Notes: a model not told the origin generated them from the sequence alone. Shown: positions 37,916-48,070, numbered from the whole stretch's first letter. The stretch is DNA of 63,864 nt, filler included, from Deltaproteobacteria bacterium (GCA_016218805.1; 4 parts of 4 records of this genome joined end to end with filler, not necessarily neighbours in it); one strand, 5' to 3'. Made by a program: numbers and translations.

Positions 37916-39751
37916 TCAGCTCCGCGGCGCCGCGCGCGGCGGTGCCGGCCGTGCGGGTGCCGCGGGCGTCGCTGGCGGCGGTGTGACGTCAGGAATCGGC
38001 GGCAGGGGAGGCATCGCCGGCCCCAGGCTCGCCGCCAGCTTCCCCGCATCCAGGTTGGCGAACTTCATCACCTCCTGCAGCACCGGCAGCACCGCAGTCG
38101 CCTCCAGCATCGTCTTCGCGACGGGCCCCAGCGCGTTCCCCAGCAGCGGCAGCCCCACGCCGTTGCTGCCGTTGGCGCCGTTGCCGCCCGCCCCGTTGCC
38201 ACCCATCTGCAGGATCTTGATCTCGCCAATCCGCTCCGCCGGCTTCATCAACTCGCGGACGATGTCCGGCGCGCGCTCCAGCATCTTCACCGCCGTCTCC
38301 TGCAGCAGGATGTCCCGCGTCTTGGAGTTCAGCGCCGCGGCCTTCTCGCGCATGACCTCCGCTTCCTTCAAACCGGCCTCGCGGTGGGCCTCCGCCAGCC
38401 GCGTGATGGAGATGGCCTGGCGCTCTGCCGCTTCCGCATCCGCCGCGGCGCGGATCTTCACGGAGTCCGCCACGCCTGACGCATCCACGCGCGTGGATTC
38501 TGCCTTGGCCTCCGCGGCCGTAGTCTGGGCCAGCGCCATGGTCTCCGCCTCCAGCTTGCGCTGGTAGGCCGCCACATTGGCGTGGATCTTCTCCTGCTCC
38601 GCCGCCTTCTCCGCGTCGACAATCGCAATGCGCTTGAGGCGTTCGGCCTCCGCCACCTTCTGGACGGTGATGACCTCCTGGTCCGCCTTCTCCCGCAGCG
38701 CCAGCGCCTCCGCCTTCTTGGCATCCGCCTCCGCGGACTCCTTCGCCTTCATCGTCAACGTGATCTGCTTGTCCACCAGGGCCGCCTCAATGGTCCGGTC
38801 CTTCTCCACCATGGCGGCTTCCACCACGCGCTGCTTGTCAATGGCGGCTGCCTGCTCCGCGGTGTCCTTGCGCGCGCGCTCAATGGCAATCGTCGCCTGG
38901 CGCTGCAGGTCGCGCGTCTCCACGGCCTCGCTCTTGGCCAGCTCCGCCTTCACCGCCGCTTCCTCTTCCTTGGCCTTGCCCTCACGCAGCATGCGGTTCT
39001 GCGTGGCAACGTTGATCTCCTGCTGCCGCTGGATCTCCGCGGTGCGCTCCGCCTCCTCCTGCACCTTCTTCTTCACGGCAATGCTCTTGGCCACCACGGT
39101 GTTGGTCACCGTCTCGCGGCCGGAAGCGCCAAAGATGTCGTCGGTGCGCATCTCGGACAGCGGCGTCTGCGTCAGCTCCGTGATGGTCACGGACTCCAGC
39201 GTGAAGCCGTTGCGGCCCAGGTCTTCGCGAAGCGCGTTGGAGACCTCCTGGGCAAAGTGCTCGCGGTTGAGGTGCAGGGCCAGGAACTCGTTCTGCGCGG
39301 CCACCGCGCGCAGCGCGCCCACCAGCTTGGGTTCCAGCAGTTCCTGCCCTTTCTCGCGGATGGCGTTGGCGTCCGCATGTCCCGCGTCCACGCCAATGGT
39401 GCGCGCGGCTTTCTTCACGTCCTCTTCGTTGGGCTCAACGCGGATGTAGAACTCCGCGGAGAGGTTGGTGGAGATGTAGTCCTTGCTGACCAGCGCGTCG
39501 TGACCGGCGCGCCGGATGGTGAGGCTGATGGTGGACAGTGACAGCGTGGCCGCGCGGTGCGCCACCGGGACAATCCAGCACGCGCGCCCAATGAACACGT
39601 CCGTGGTCGTCCGACCGATGCGGATGATGGCCTCCGACGGAGAGGGGCGCATGAGGAACCGCGCCATCGCCCCCACGAACACGATTGCCAGCACGACGAC
39701 AAACACCACCGTGCTCAAAGCCACCTGCCACACCTGGATGCCGGTGAACAT
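37916..39751 (-). CDS. Flotillin/SPFH family protein (YqiK-like)
   Basis: N-terminal TM, SPFH region (AEFYIRV, LVGALRAVAA, NGFTLESVTIT), AE-rich coiled coil and KPAERIGEIKI. Confidence 0.9.
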   Translation of the reverse strand: MFTGIQVWQVALSTVVFVVVLAIVFVGAMARFLMRPSPSEAIIRIGRTTTDVFIGRACWIVPVAHRAATLSLSTISLTIRRAGHDALVSKDYISTNLSAEFYIRVEPNEEDVKKAARTIGVDAGHADANAIREKGQELLEPKLVGALRAVAAQNEFLALHLNREHFAQEVSNALREDLGRNGFTLESVTITELTQTPLSEMRTDDIFGASGRETVTNTVVAKSIAVKKKVQEEAERTAEIQRQQEINVATQNRMLREGKAKEEEAAVKAELAKSEAVETRDLQRQATIAIERARKDTAEQAAAIDKQRVVEAAMVEKDRTIEAALVDKQITLTMKAKESAEADAKKAEALALREKADQEVITVQKVAEAERLKRIAIVDAEKAAEQEKIHANVAAYQRKLEAETMALAQTTAAEAKAESTRVDASGVADSVKIRAAADAEAAERQAISITRLAEAHREAGLKEAEVMREKAAALNSKTRDILLQETAVKMLERAPDIVRELMKPAERIGEIKILQMGGNGAGGNGANGSNGVGLPLLGNALGPVAKTMLEATAVLPVLQEVMKFANLDAGKLAASLGPAMPPLPPIPDVTPPPATPAAPARPAPPRAAPRS

Positions 39752-39772
39752 GCTTCCTCCGGTTTCTCGTGA

Positions 39773-40480
39773 CTAGGAACGGGTCGCCACCCCGGAGTCC
39801 GGGGAGGCGGTGACCCAGAAGAGGTCCGTGTCGGCGGCGTAGTCCACCAGGACCACCGCGGCGCCGTGTCCCAGCGTGGCCTCGCCGTCCTGAAGGCGCC
39901 CGTGGACCAGGATCTCGTTGCCGCGCCCGTCGCGCACACGGATTTCACCATGGCGGTGGTCCAACTGCGGGCTGGCGACAACGCCCGCCTTTCCGCACAG
40001 GTCCACCTTGGAGGACGCGCCCTTGCCGCCCGTGTCCACAAACCTCCCGGCAATGCGGGACATCACGCGCGTGAACCCCAGACCCACCAGCAGTGCCCCA
40101 GCGCCTGACGCCGCCGTGTACCACCACTGGAAATTCCCCTGGCTGTATTCCCACCACATGCTGTTGAACCACAGCCCGCACAACCCCACGGCAAAGAACA
40201 ATGACACCCATACAACCATGAACGGCACGCGGCCCACGCCCATGAACACCAGCAGGCCCTGCCAGGCGCCCGCGTCGTCCGCGTCGCCGTCGGCGTCATG
40301 GTCGGCGTCATGCTCGGCGTCCGGCCCATCCGCGTCATGGTCCACGTCCGCATCGGCATCCGCATCACCGTCTGTGGCGTGCCCCACAATCCCCAGCAAT
40401 TGCGCAGCGAGGAAGACCACCACGAGGCCCAGCAGCACCAGGAATGGGAGGTTCCACCACTGGTTGAGGAACGCGAACAA
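39773..40480 (-). CDS. YqiJ/DUF1449-NfeD-like membrane protein with C-terminal OB fold
   Basis: NLPF, Asp/His-rich loop, GVGRVPFMV and GEIRVRDGRG; upstream of flotillin; TTG start with GGAGG RBS. Confidence 0.82.
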   Translation of the reverse strand: MFAFLNQWWNLPFLVLLGLVVVFLAAQLLGIVGHATDGDADADADVDHDADGPDAEHDADHDADGDADDAGAWQGLLVFMGVGRVPFMVVWVSLFFAVGLCGLWFNSMWWEYSQGNFQWWYTAASGAGALLVGLGFTRVMSRIAGRFVDTGGKGASSKVDLCGKAGVVASPQLDHRHGEIRVRDGRGNEILVHGRLQDGEATLGHGAAVVLVDYAADTDLFWVTASPDSGVATRS

Positions 40481-40626
40481 AGGGCGCCTCCCGTGCCGAA
40501 TCAACGCGGCAACATAGGTCTGGTGGGCGGGGCTGGCAACGCGTGGCAACTGCGCGTTTCGACAAGCGGAGCGGAGCTGAAAACGCGTGGCACAGGATGT
40601 GCCGCCGGAAAAGCGCCCGTTCCAAT

Positions 40627-42375
40627 TCAGGGCAATGTGTGCCCTGTGGCGCCCGCCCGCCGCGCGCGCAGCCACGCTTGCAGCTCCGCGTGGTCCAACG
40701 TGTTGAGGACGTCGTCACGGCCCAGGCCGGCACGGCGCGCCTGGGACACACCCAGCGCGAGGGTCTCCAGCTCCGCGGTGCTGTGCGCATCCGCGTTGAT
40801 GCACACCTTGAGTCCCAGCCGCTTGCACATGCGGAGATGTTCCACGCACAGGTCCAGCCGCTGCGGTTGCGCGTTCAACTCCATGGCACAACCGGCCTCC
40901 CGCGCGGCCGCCAGCACCGCTGCCACGTCAAACGCCGCGCCTTCGCGGGACAGCAACAGCCGTCCCGTGGGGTGGCCCAGCACGTCGGTGTACGGGTTGC
41001 GAACCGCGCGGATGAGGCGGTCGGTCAGTTGTTGCGCGGTCGCCTGGTACCGGCTGTGGACGCTGGCCACCACAAAGTCCAGCTCCCGCAGGACTTCCGG
41101 CGGATAGTCCAGCGCACCGTCCTGGAGGATGTCGCTTTCCACGCCGTGCCATAGCCGCGCGCCGCCGTCGCGCATCGCGCTGTGCAGTTCGTCGCGCTGG
41201 GCGCGCAGCGCCTCCGCCTTCAGCCCGCGCGCATAGAACGCGCTCTGTGAATGGTCCGAAATACCCAGGTACTCCAGTCCCATCCGCGTGGCCGCCTGCT
41301 GCATGGCGCGCGCGGTGTCCCGCCCGTCAGACAGCGTGGTGTGGTTGTGCAGCGCGCCGCGCAGGTCACCCAGCTCCACCAGCCGCGGCAGCCTCCCCGT
41401 CCGGGCCAGCTCCACCGCGTCACCGTCCTCACGCAGCTCCGGCGGGATCCACGGCAGCCCCAGTGCGGCGTAAACGGCGGTCTCATCCGTGAAAGTCACC
41501 CTTTCCGCCGCACGCCGGGCACCGTGCGCGGTGAGCTGCCACGCCGGTTCCCGGGCCTGCAACGCGTCCACGTGCGCCGAACTCCCGGTAAGGAACACCT
41601 GCGCCGCGGCAGCATCCTCCGGCAGCACCACGTGCAGCGTGCCGCGCACGCCTGGAGCCGCCTCAAACTCCACCGCGCCGGGCCCATCCACGCGGGCGGC
41701 AGGCAGCACCGCAGCCGCGCGAACCACCACCGCGTCGACGTCACGCGCGGCGCACAACAACTCCACGTGACTGCACAGCTCCGCACGCCGCCGCACCTGC
41801 CCCACCGCGGTGGCCGGCCAGCCGCTGCCCAGGGCGGCCGCAGCCAGCGCCACCGCGGCGTCTGCGCGGTCCAAGCGGCACCGGCCGCTCACGGCGCGCC
41901 GCGCTTGCAGCGCGGACAGGATGCGCAATTGCGTCTTTTCGCCAAAACCCTTCAAATGCAACAACCGGTTTTCCCGGGCCGCGTATTCCAACTCACCCAG
42001 CGTGCTGATGCTCAGCTCCGCGCACACCTGCCGCGCCTTCCTGGGCCCCAACCCCGGCACGGATGCCAGTTCCATCACGCCGGGGGGTACCTGTCGGCGC
42101 AATTGCGTGAGCAGCGTGAGTTGCCCGGTGCGCGTGAACTCATCAATGGCCGCCACCAGGCTCTTCCCCAGGCCCTCCACGCTCGCCAGGGTGTGCGCCT
42201 CCACGTGCGCGGCAAACGCGTCCCCCAGGTGCCGAACCGCGTGCGCGCCGCGGTCGTACGCGCGCGCCTTGAACGGGTTCTCCCCCAACAGTTCCATCAG
42301 CCGGGACACCTCCTCCAGTGCGTCCGCCACGTCGGCGGAACTGGGCGGTCTGGCGGGGGAACGCGGCACGGGCAT
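40627..42375 (-). CDS. polX: DNA polymerase X / PHP-domain protein (non-canonical polymerase site)
   Basis: GENPFKARAY, HhH motifs GLGK, GLGP and GFGEK, IPPELRE, and PHP motifs LHNHT..SDG, SDHS, GVESD, GHPTGR and NADAH. Confidence 0.88.
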   Translation of the reverse strand: MPVPRSPARPPSSADVADALEEVSRLMELLGENPFKARAYDRGAHAVRHLGDAFAAHVEAHTLASVEGLGKSLVAAIDEFTRTGQLTLLTQLRRQVPPGVMELASVPGLGPRKARQVCAELSISTLGELEYAARENRLLHLKGFGEKTQLRILSALQARRAVSGRCRLDRADAAVALAAAALGSGWPATAVGQVRRRAELCSHVELLCAARDVDAVVVRAAAVLPAARVDGPGAVEFEAAPGVRGTLHVVLPEDAAAAQVFLTGSSAHVDALQAREPAWQLTAHGARRAAERVTFTDETAVYAALGLPWIPPELREDGDAVELARTGRLPRLVELGDLRGALHNHTTLSDGRDTARAMQQAATRMGLEYLGISDHSQSAFYARGLKAEALRAQRDELHSAMRDGGARLWHGVESDILQDGALDYPPEVLRELDFVVASVHSRYQATAQQLTDRLIRAVRNPYTDVLGHPTGRLLLSREGAAFDVAAVLAAAREAGCAMELNAQPQRLDLCVEHLRMCKRLGLKVCINADAHSTAELETLALGVSQARRAGLGRDDVLNTLDHAELQAWLRARRAGATGHTLP

Positions 42376-42444
42376 GGTGGACCGTTAACATACCGTGCAC
42401 CGCGCCGTTGACAGCCAACGCGCGCGCGGTTGCATGCTGCGTCC

Positions 42445-43515
42445 ATGACCCTGCTCCTGCCGCCACCGGTGGAACCCATGCTCTCCAAGGCCGTGGACCG
42501 CCTCCCCGACGGAGACGGCTGGCTGTTTGAACCCAAGTGGGACGGGTTCCGGTGCATCGTGTTCAAGGACGGCGCGGACGTGCATCTGCAGTCGCGGGAC
42601 CTCAAGCCGTTGCAGCGGTATTTCCCGGAAATCCTGCAACCGCTGACGCGCGCCCTCCCGGACCGCTGCGTGGTGGACGGTGAACTCGTCATTGCGCGCG
42701 GGGGCGTGCTGGACTTTGAAGCGCTCCTGCTGCGCATCCACCCGGCCGCCAGCCGCGTCAAACAGTTGTCCGCGGAGTTCCCGTGCAGCTTTGTGGCGTG
42801 GGACCTGCTCGCCGTGGAGGATGACGTCCTGTTGAACGTACCGTTTGCACAGCGCCGCCAGCGCCTGGAGCACGTGCTGCGGGACGTCCATCCGCCCATC
42901 CACCTCACTCCCGCCACCGCAGACCGCGCGCTGGCGCAGGACTGGTTCTCCCGCTTTGAGGGCGCGGGGCTGGACGGCGTGATGGCCAAGAGCGTGGTGG
43001 AACCCTACGCGCCCGGCAAGCGCACCATGTTCAAGATCAAACACCAGCGGACCGCGGACTGCGTGGTGGCGGGCTTCCGCTGGCACAAGAACGGACCTCA
43101 GACCATGGTCGGGTCATTCCTGCTGGGCCTGTATGACGCGGCGGGCGCGCTGCAGCACGTGGGCATTGCCGCCAGCTTCACCACCGCCCGGCGCAGGGAA
43201 CTGGTGGAGGAGCTGGCGCCGCTGCGGGCAAACGCATTGGAGAGCCACCCCTGGGCCGCCTGGCGCGAACTGGAGATGACCCAGCGCATGCCCGGGTCCG
43301 GCAGCCGCTGGAACCGCGGCAAGGACCTCTCCTGGGAGCCGCTGCGCCCTGAGCGCGTCTGCGAGGTCTCCTACGACCACCTGCAGGGCACACGCTTCCG
43401 CCATGGCACCCACTTCCTGCGGTGGCGTCCGGACAAGCCCCCCGCGGAGTGCCGCTATGATCAACTGGAACAGACGCCCGCGTACGAACTGCAACGCATC
43501 TTTGCGCGGGCTTGA
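42445..43515 (+). CDS. ligC: ATP-dependent DNA ligase (LigC type)
   Basis: PMLSK, EPKWDGFR, VDGELV, DGVMAK, FKIKH and RFRH...RWRPDK. Confidence 0.88.
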   Translation: MTLLLPPPVEPMLSKAVDRLPDGDGWLFEPKWDGFRCIVFKDGADVHLQSRDLKPLQRYFPEILQPLTRALPDRCVVDGELVIARGGVLDFEALLLRIHPAASRVKQLSAEFPCSFVAWDLLAVEDDVLLNVPFAQRRQRLEHVLRDVHPPIHLTPATADRALAQDWFSRFEGAGLDGVMAKSVVEPYAPGKRTMFKIKHQRTADCVVAGFRWHKNGPQTMVGSFLLGLYDAAGALQHVGIAASFTTARRRELVEELAPLRANALESHPWAAWRELEMTQRMPGSGSRWNRGKDLSWEPLRPERVCEVSYDHLQGTRFRHGTHFLRWRPDKPPAECRYDQLEQTPAYELQRIFARA

Positions 43516-43518
43516 AAC

Positions 43519-44841
43519 TCACTTCATCAATCCGCGGAATTCCACCCACGGGTCATAATCCGGGTCAATGGCCTCCTGGGGCGGGCGCAGTTCCACGGGC
43601 ACATTCCGGAGATTCACGCGAATCCGCGTCCACGTGCTGGACCGCCCGCGCATGGCGTCCACCAGCACGTCCGCGGGCTGCAGCAGCAGCGCCGCCTCCG
43701 GATGGCGCGCTTTCCAGCGCTCCAGGCCGGCCAGCGCATCCGCCTGTTCCTTGGCGCGTGAAATGACCAGCAGCGGCTGCCGGCTGCGCCGCTTTCCCGT
43801 CGGCGAAATGGCCGCGTCCGTGGACGGCGGCGTGGGTGCCTTGCGCCGGGACGGCTGCACGCGTGCCGGCTCGTTGGCCTGCTTGCGGTAGTGCGGCGGC
43901 CAGGGCGCATCACCCACGCCATCGGCCAGCTGGCGGCGGGACAACTCCAGCAGCGCGTCCAGCGTTCCCGCCGCCGCGTCCATCCCTGTGCTGGGATCGC
44001 CGCGGGCCTTCACGCGCGCGGGCACGGTCAGGATGGTGAAATCTTCCGGTTGGCATTCCGGGACTTCGTCCCACGTCAGCGGCGTGGAGACGCGCGCGTC
44101 CTGCAGCGGCCGCACCGAATACGCCGACGCCACCGTCCGGTCCTTGGCGTTCTGGTTGTAATCCAGGAAGACGCCGTGGCGCTCCTCCTTCCACCACTTG
44201 CTGGTGGCCAGCGCCGGCGCCCGGCGCTCCACCTCCCGCGCCACCGCCAGCGCCGCGTTGCGCACGTCATCAAAGCCCCAGCGCCGCTGGATGCGCGCGT
44301 AGATGTGGATGCCGCGTGAACCACTGGTCTTGGGCCAACCCACCAGGCCGTGGTCCGTGAGCACGTCGCGCACCACCAGGGCCACATCACGCATCTGGCT
44401 CCACGGCGTGCCCGGCACCGGGTCCAGGTCAATGCGCAACTCATCCGGATGGTGCAGGTCATCCCAGCGCACCGGGTGCGGATTCAGGTCCACGCACCCC
44501 AGGTTCACCACCCAAGCCAACTGCGCCGCATGGTTGATGACTATCTCCGTGGCGGTGTTTCCCGACGGAAACTGCAGCTCCACCGCGTCCACCCATTCCG
44601 GGCGTTTCTCCGGCGCCCGCTTCTGGAAGAACGCCGGCTGGCCAATCCCGTGCACGTGGCGCTTCAGCGCCATGGGACGGCCGCGCACGCCGTTGAGGAC
44701 GCCGTCCGCCACCTCCAGGTAGTACTGCACCAGTTGCAGCTTCGTGTACCCGCGCTCGGGGAAATACACCTTATCCGGGTTGGTCACCGTGACGTCGGTG
44801 CCGGCAACACGCAGCGTGACCTGGTTGGCGGTCCTGCTCAT
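43519..44841 (-). CDS. Stand-alone LigD-type primase-polymerase (Prim-PolC-like)
   Basis: TNPDKVYFP, FFQKR, DELRIDLDP, KTSGSRGIH, FLDYNQN and ASAYSVR. Confidence 0.9.
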   Translation of the reverse strand: MSRTANQVTLRVAGTDVTVTNPDKVYFPERGYTKLQLVQYYLEVADGVLNGVRGRPMALKRHVHGIGQPAFFQKRAPEKRPEWVDAVELQFPSGNTATEIVINHAAQLAWVVNLGCVDLNPHPVRWDDLHHPDELRIDLDPVPGTPWSQMRDVALVVRDVLTDHGLVGWPKTSGSRGIHIYARIQRRWGFDDVRNAALAVAREVERRAPALATSKWWKEERHGVFLDYNQNAKDRTVASAYSVRPLQDARVSTPLTWDEVPECQPEDFTILTVPARVKARGDPSTGMDAAAGTLDALLELSRRQLADGVGDAPWPPHYRKQANEPARVQPSRRKAPTPPSTDAAISPTGKRRSRQPLLVISRAKEQADALAGLERWKARHPEAALLLQPADVLVDAMRGRSSTWTRIRVNLRNVPVELRPPQEAIDPDYDPWVEFRGLMK

Positions 44842-44847
44842 CCGCGC

Positions 44848-45444
44848 TCACCGCTTCCCGGACAGCGCGGGGAGCTTGGGAGGACGCTTGCCGCGGCGCA
44901 CCGCGCCCAGCACCGGCTGATAGCTCAGTTCCTCGCCCGCGGCGGCGCAGCGCAACATCAGGCCACCGCGGCTCATGTCCCCCCGCCCCACGAATTGCGA
45001 CGGAAACAACAGGCGCTCCCCCAGCGCGTGCGTCAACACGTCCACGTACTTGCCGGTGGCCACGCTCCCCAGCAACACCACGCCCCGCTCCCGTGCGCCG
45101 GCGCTGACGTGCCGCCTGAGATCGCGCAGCAGCGGGCGGCGGTAGGACGGGTCCTCCGGGTGGATGTCCCCGCCGGCCATCTCCGCCAGGTCCGCCGTCG
45201 TCACCAGGACGTCCGGCGCCACCAAACCGCGGTTGGTGGTGATGACCAGCGCATCGCCAAATGCGGCTGCGTAGGTGAGCTTCCCGCGGAAGTACAAGCC
45301 GCTCATGAACGCAAACACCTCGCCCAGCGGTGCGCCGGTGGTGCGCAACCGCACCGCCAGCGGGAAGGACGCTTCCGCGCGCATCACCATCCGGGCGCGC
45401 GCGCCAGCGCAGTTGGCCGGTGACAGGAGGAACAACCGTTTCAT
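44848..45444 (-). CDS. Conserved-looking hypothetical protein
   Basis: Sits 6 bp from both neighbours; motifs LLSPA, SGLYFRGK, LLGS.ATGKY and GRGDMSRGGL. Confidence 0.75.
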   Translation of the reverse strand: MKRLFLLSPANCAGARARMVMRAEASFPLAVRLRTTGAPLGEVFAFMSGLYFRGKLTYAAAFGDALVITTNRGLVAPDVLVTTADLAEMAGGDIHPEDPSYRRPLLRDLRRHVSAGARERGVVLLGSVATGKYVDVLTHALGERLLFPSQFVGRGDMSRGGLMLRCAAAGEELSYQPVLGAVRRGKRPPKLPALSGKR

Positions 45445-45450
45445 CCGCTC

Positions 45451-47016
45451 TTACCTGACGGCGTTGTAGCCAAATGCGTCGGTGGTGGCATTCCACGCGT
45501 ACGCCTTGACGTAGTAGCGCGTCTCAGGGAGCGCCCCGCTCCAGGACAACGGCGCGCGGAAGGCGCCGTCCCGCACGGGCACACCCGTCTGGGCCACCGC
45601 CTTGTTGATGGCCTTGTTCCAGTTGGCCTGTACCGCCGCCGTGGCCGGGTTCTGCGGGTCCACCTCCTCCAACTCTCCCAGCACCACGTCACGCTCCACC
45701 TCCAGCGTGACAAGCACGTGCCCGTCCGCAATCCCGGGCGTGCGGCCGGTGACAATGACGGCGCCGTCCGTCAGGTCCTGCGTGTAGACCCAGTCAATGT
45801 AGACGGGTCCCCCGGGGTACCGCGTGCGCAGCGCCGGGTCGCCAAACAGGTTGTAGAGATCCACGTGCTGGCTGCGGATGAGCGCCTGCTCCGCGGCCGG
45901 CACGTACGCAGCGCTGGCGCCGTCAAGAAACTCACGGAAATCATCCCAGCCTTCCACCATGCCGCGCTTGGCTCCTTGCAGCGTCTCGCCCACCGTCGGT
46001 GGCCGGATGTCCATCAGGGCCAGCATGGTTTCGTACGCCAGCACGGCGTTGCCGTACGGATGGGACACCTCGGATGACGCGAACGACGCCACCGCGACGC
46101 CGGGCTCCCACAGCAGACTCTCCGCAATGGAGTCCGTGCTCCCCGTGTAGTGGCCGTTGTCGCACGCAAAGAACAGCGCCAACGGCAGCAGCGGCTGGTC
46201 CACAATGCTGCGCAACTGCTCCGTGGTCAGGCCCTCCGTCCAGTCCGAACTGCCATGCCCGACGTACACCATCGCGATGGCGCCTTCGCTGAAGAGCTCC
46301 GCCACCTTGTCGTCAAACGGCTGGTAGTAGTAGCGGCTCGCGGGGTTGTTGTACGCGCCCACCACGTCAAATGCGTGGGACAGCGTGCGCAGCCCCTGCA
46401 TGAAAGCGAACTCGATGAGACCGTCCACCTCCGGACCAAACCCGCCCGGGGCCGTGTACACGGAGACCCGTCGCCGGAACGTGCCCGGAGTGAACGCGCT
46501 CTCATACGCCCGCACCTTGGCCAGGTACTCCAGCGCCTGCAGTTCATCATGGGCTGGCACCCGGCCCACGGCCACGTCGGGGAGCCCGTCATCGTCGAGG
46601 TCGCCGTACGCGTTGTCAGTCCAGCAGTCCCCCAGCTCATTGACGCAGGCCACTGCGGGAAGGTGCCCGGCGGGGTCTTCGCCCGCTTCTGGCGCGTGAC
46701 CCAACAGCAGCAGGAACACCGCGCGGTCCGCGGGCGCGGTTGCGCGCGCGTCGCGCAGCACGGTGCGGATGGAGTCCAATACGGCGGACGGCGCAGCCCC
46801 CAGCTGACTGGCAACCACCACGTCCGGCGCAAACCCGTGGCCCGCGCGGTACGCCGCAAACTCCTGCGCCGCAGCAACCAGCGCGTCGTCCACGGCAATG
46901 ACGTACGGCGCGGGTGGACCCGCGTCCTGGCCCGCCGTGCCGCCTGAACCGCCCGCGGACGGCGGTGCACACACAGCCCAGACAGCCACCAGGGACAACA
47001 CGACCGACCGTTTCAT
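45451..47016 (-). CDS. C25 family (gingipain-like) cysteine peptidase, secreted
   Basis: TDNAYGDLDDDGLPDVAVGRVP, YVGHG (His), FACDNG (Cys) and YNLFGDPAL. Confidence 0.85.
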   Translation of the reverse strand: MKRSVVLSLVAVWAVCAPPSAGGSGGTAGQDAGPPAPYVIAVDDALVAAAQEFAAYRAGHGFAPDVVVASQLGAAPSAVLDSIRTVLRDARATAPADRAVFLLLLGHAPEAGEDPAGHLPAVACVNELGDCWTDNAYGDLDDDGLPDVAVGRVPAHDELQALEYLAKVRAYESAFTPGTFRRRVSVYTAPGGFGPEVDGLIEFAFMQGLRTLSHAFDVVGAYNNPASRYYYQPFDDKVAELFSEGAIAMVYVGHGSSDWTEGLTTEQLRSIVDQPLLPLALFFACDNGHYTGSTDSIAESLLWEPGVAVASFASSEVSHPYGNAVLAYETMLALMDIRPPTVGETLQGAKRGMVEGWDDFREFLDGASAAYVPAAEQALIRSQHVDLYNLFGDPALRTRYPGGPVYIDWVYTQDLTDGAVIVTGRTPGIADGHVLVTLEVERDVVLGELEEVDPQNPATAAVQANWNKAINKAVAQTGVPVRDGAFRAPLSWSGALPETRYYVKAYAWNATTDAFGYNAVR

Positions 47017-47242
47017 GAGGCATCCTCCGTCCCGTTGCGTAGCAACGCGCACGCCCGTTGCACAGGCGTCGAGCCGGACCCCCACAGGCGCCGATGCTCT
47101 CTGTCGCTCTTACTCGACGCGGCCGGCCGTGGCCGCCCTCGCGCAGGCACGTCACGTCGCGTCAAGGTTGCAGGCCACGATCCCGCTGCGTTGACTTTCA
47201 ACGTCGGTCCACCAACGTGGCGGATGCAACCAGGAGGCACAC

Positions 47243-48070
47243 ATGAATCGCAGTGCATGGGCTTTCGCAGCCGCAATTGCCGGCTTGGCAGCGGGTTGTT
47301 CCAACGGAGGAGACAAGAGTGACGCCGGCAGCGGCAACGCATGTGACAGCGGCCCTGACGCCGGAGATGGTGGCTGCGGTGGCGGCAGCAGCAGCAGCAG
47401 CAGTGGCCAACCGGGGGACGCGGGCAATCCGCCTCCGTACCTGTCCGTTGGAACCGCGGGCATCTATGCCACTGACAACCCGGTGCTGGGGGAACGGGCG
47501 GTGGAGGGAGACATCCTAGTGGAGTGGAACGGCTCGCCACTGGCCGGCGCTACCGTCACCCTCAACGGCTCCGTCATCCCCCCGTCCGCCCTGGGCGCCG
47601 GATTCTACGACGTGGGCGAGGCCAATCTCGCCGCGCTGGCGGGCGGTTCCACCCTCGAGCTTGTTGCCACGGCCACCACCGACGGAGGGACGCAGACGGC
47701 GCAGGTCACCTTTGCATGCCCGGGCGAAGTCGCCATCACCTCTCCCGCGCCTGGAACGGTCCTGACCGGCGGGCAGGCCGTGGACGTCACCTGGTCCGGC
47801 ACGCTGACGCACTCCGCCACCTTTGGACCCGCCGTTGGCGTTTATGCGTGTTTTACGCAGGCCACCGGTGACCAAGTGTCACAGCTCGGCCACGGCGACT
47901 GGTTCGTGCACCTCACGCCCGGGCAATCCACCGCGCAGGTGGCGGTGCCCCCACAGTGCGCGCGCCTGCTCATGGAAATCCGCGCCGCGGGTGACACCGT
48001 CCTCAGCGCGGACAACCACAGCCTGGGCCTGTGTTACCTGCAGCGGCGTTCGTGGATGAGCAGCAACTGA
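47243..48070 (+). CDS. Hypothetical lipoprotein
   Basis: AGGAGG RBS, lipobox AAGC, Ser/Gly linker, beta-rich domains. Confidence 0.72.
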   Translation: MNRSAWAFAAAIAGLAAGCSNGGDKSDAGSGNACDSGPDAGDGGCGGGSSSSSSGQPGDAGNPPPYLSVGTAGIYATDNPVLGERAVEGDILVEWNGSPLAGATVTLNGSVIPPSALGAGFYDVGEANLAALAGGSTLELVATATTDGGTQTAQVTFACPGEVAITSPAPGTVLTGGQAVDVTWSGTLTHSATFGPAVGVYACFTQATGDQVSQLGHGDWFVHLTPGQSTAQVAVPPQCARLLMEIRAAGDTVLSADNHSLGLCYLQRRSWMSSN

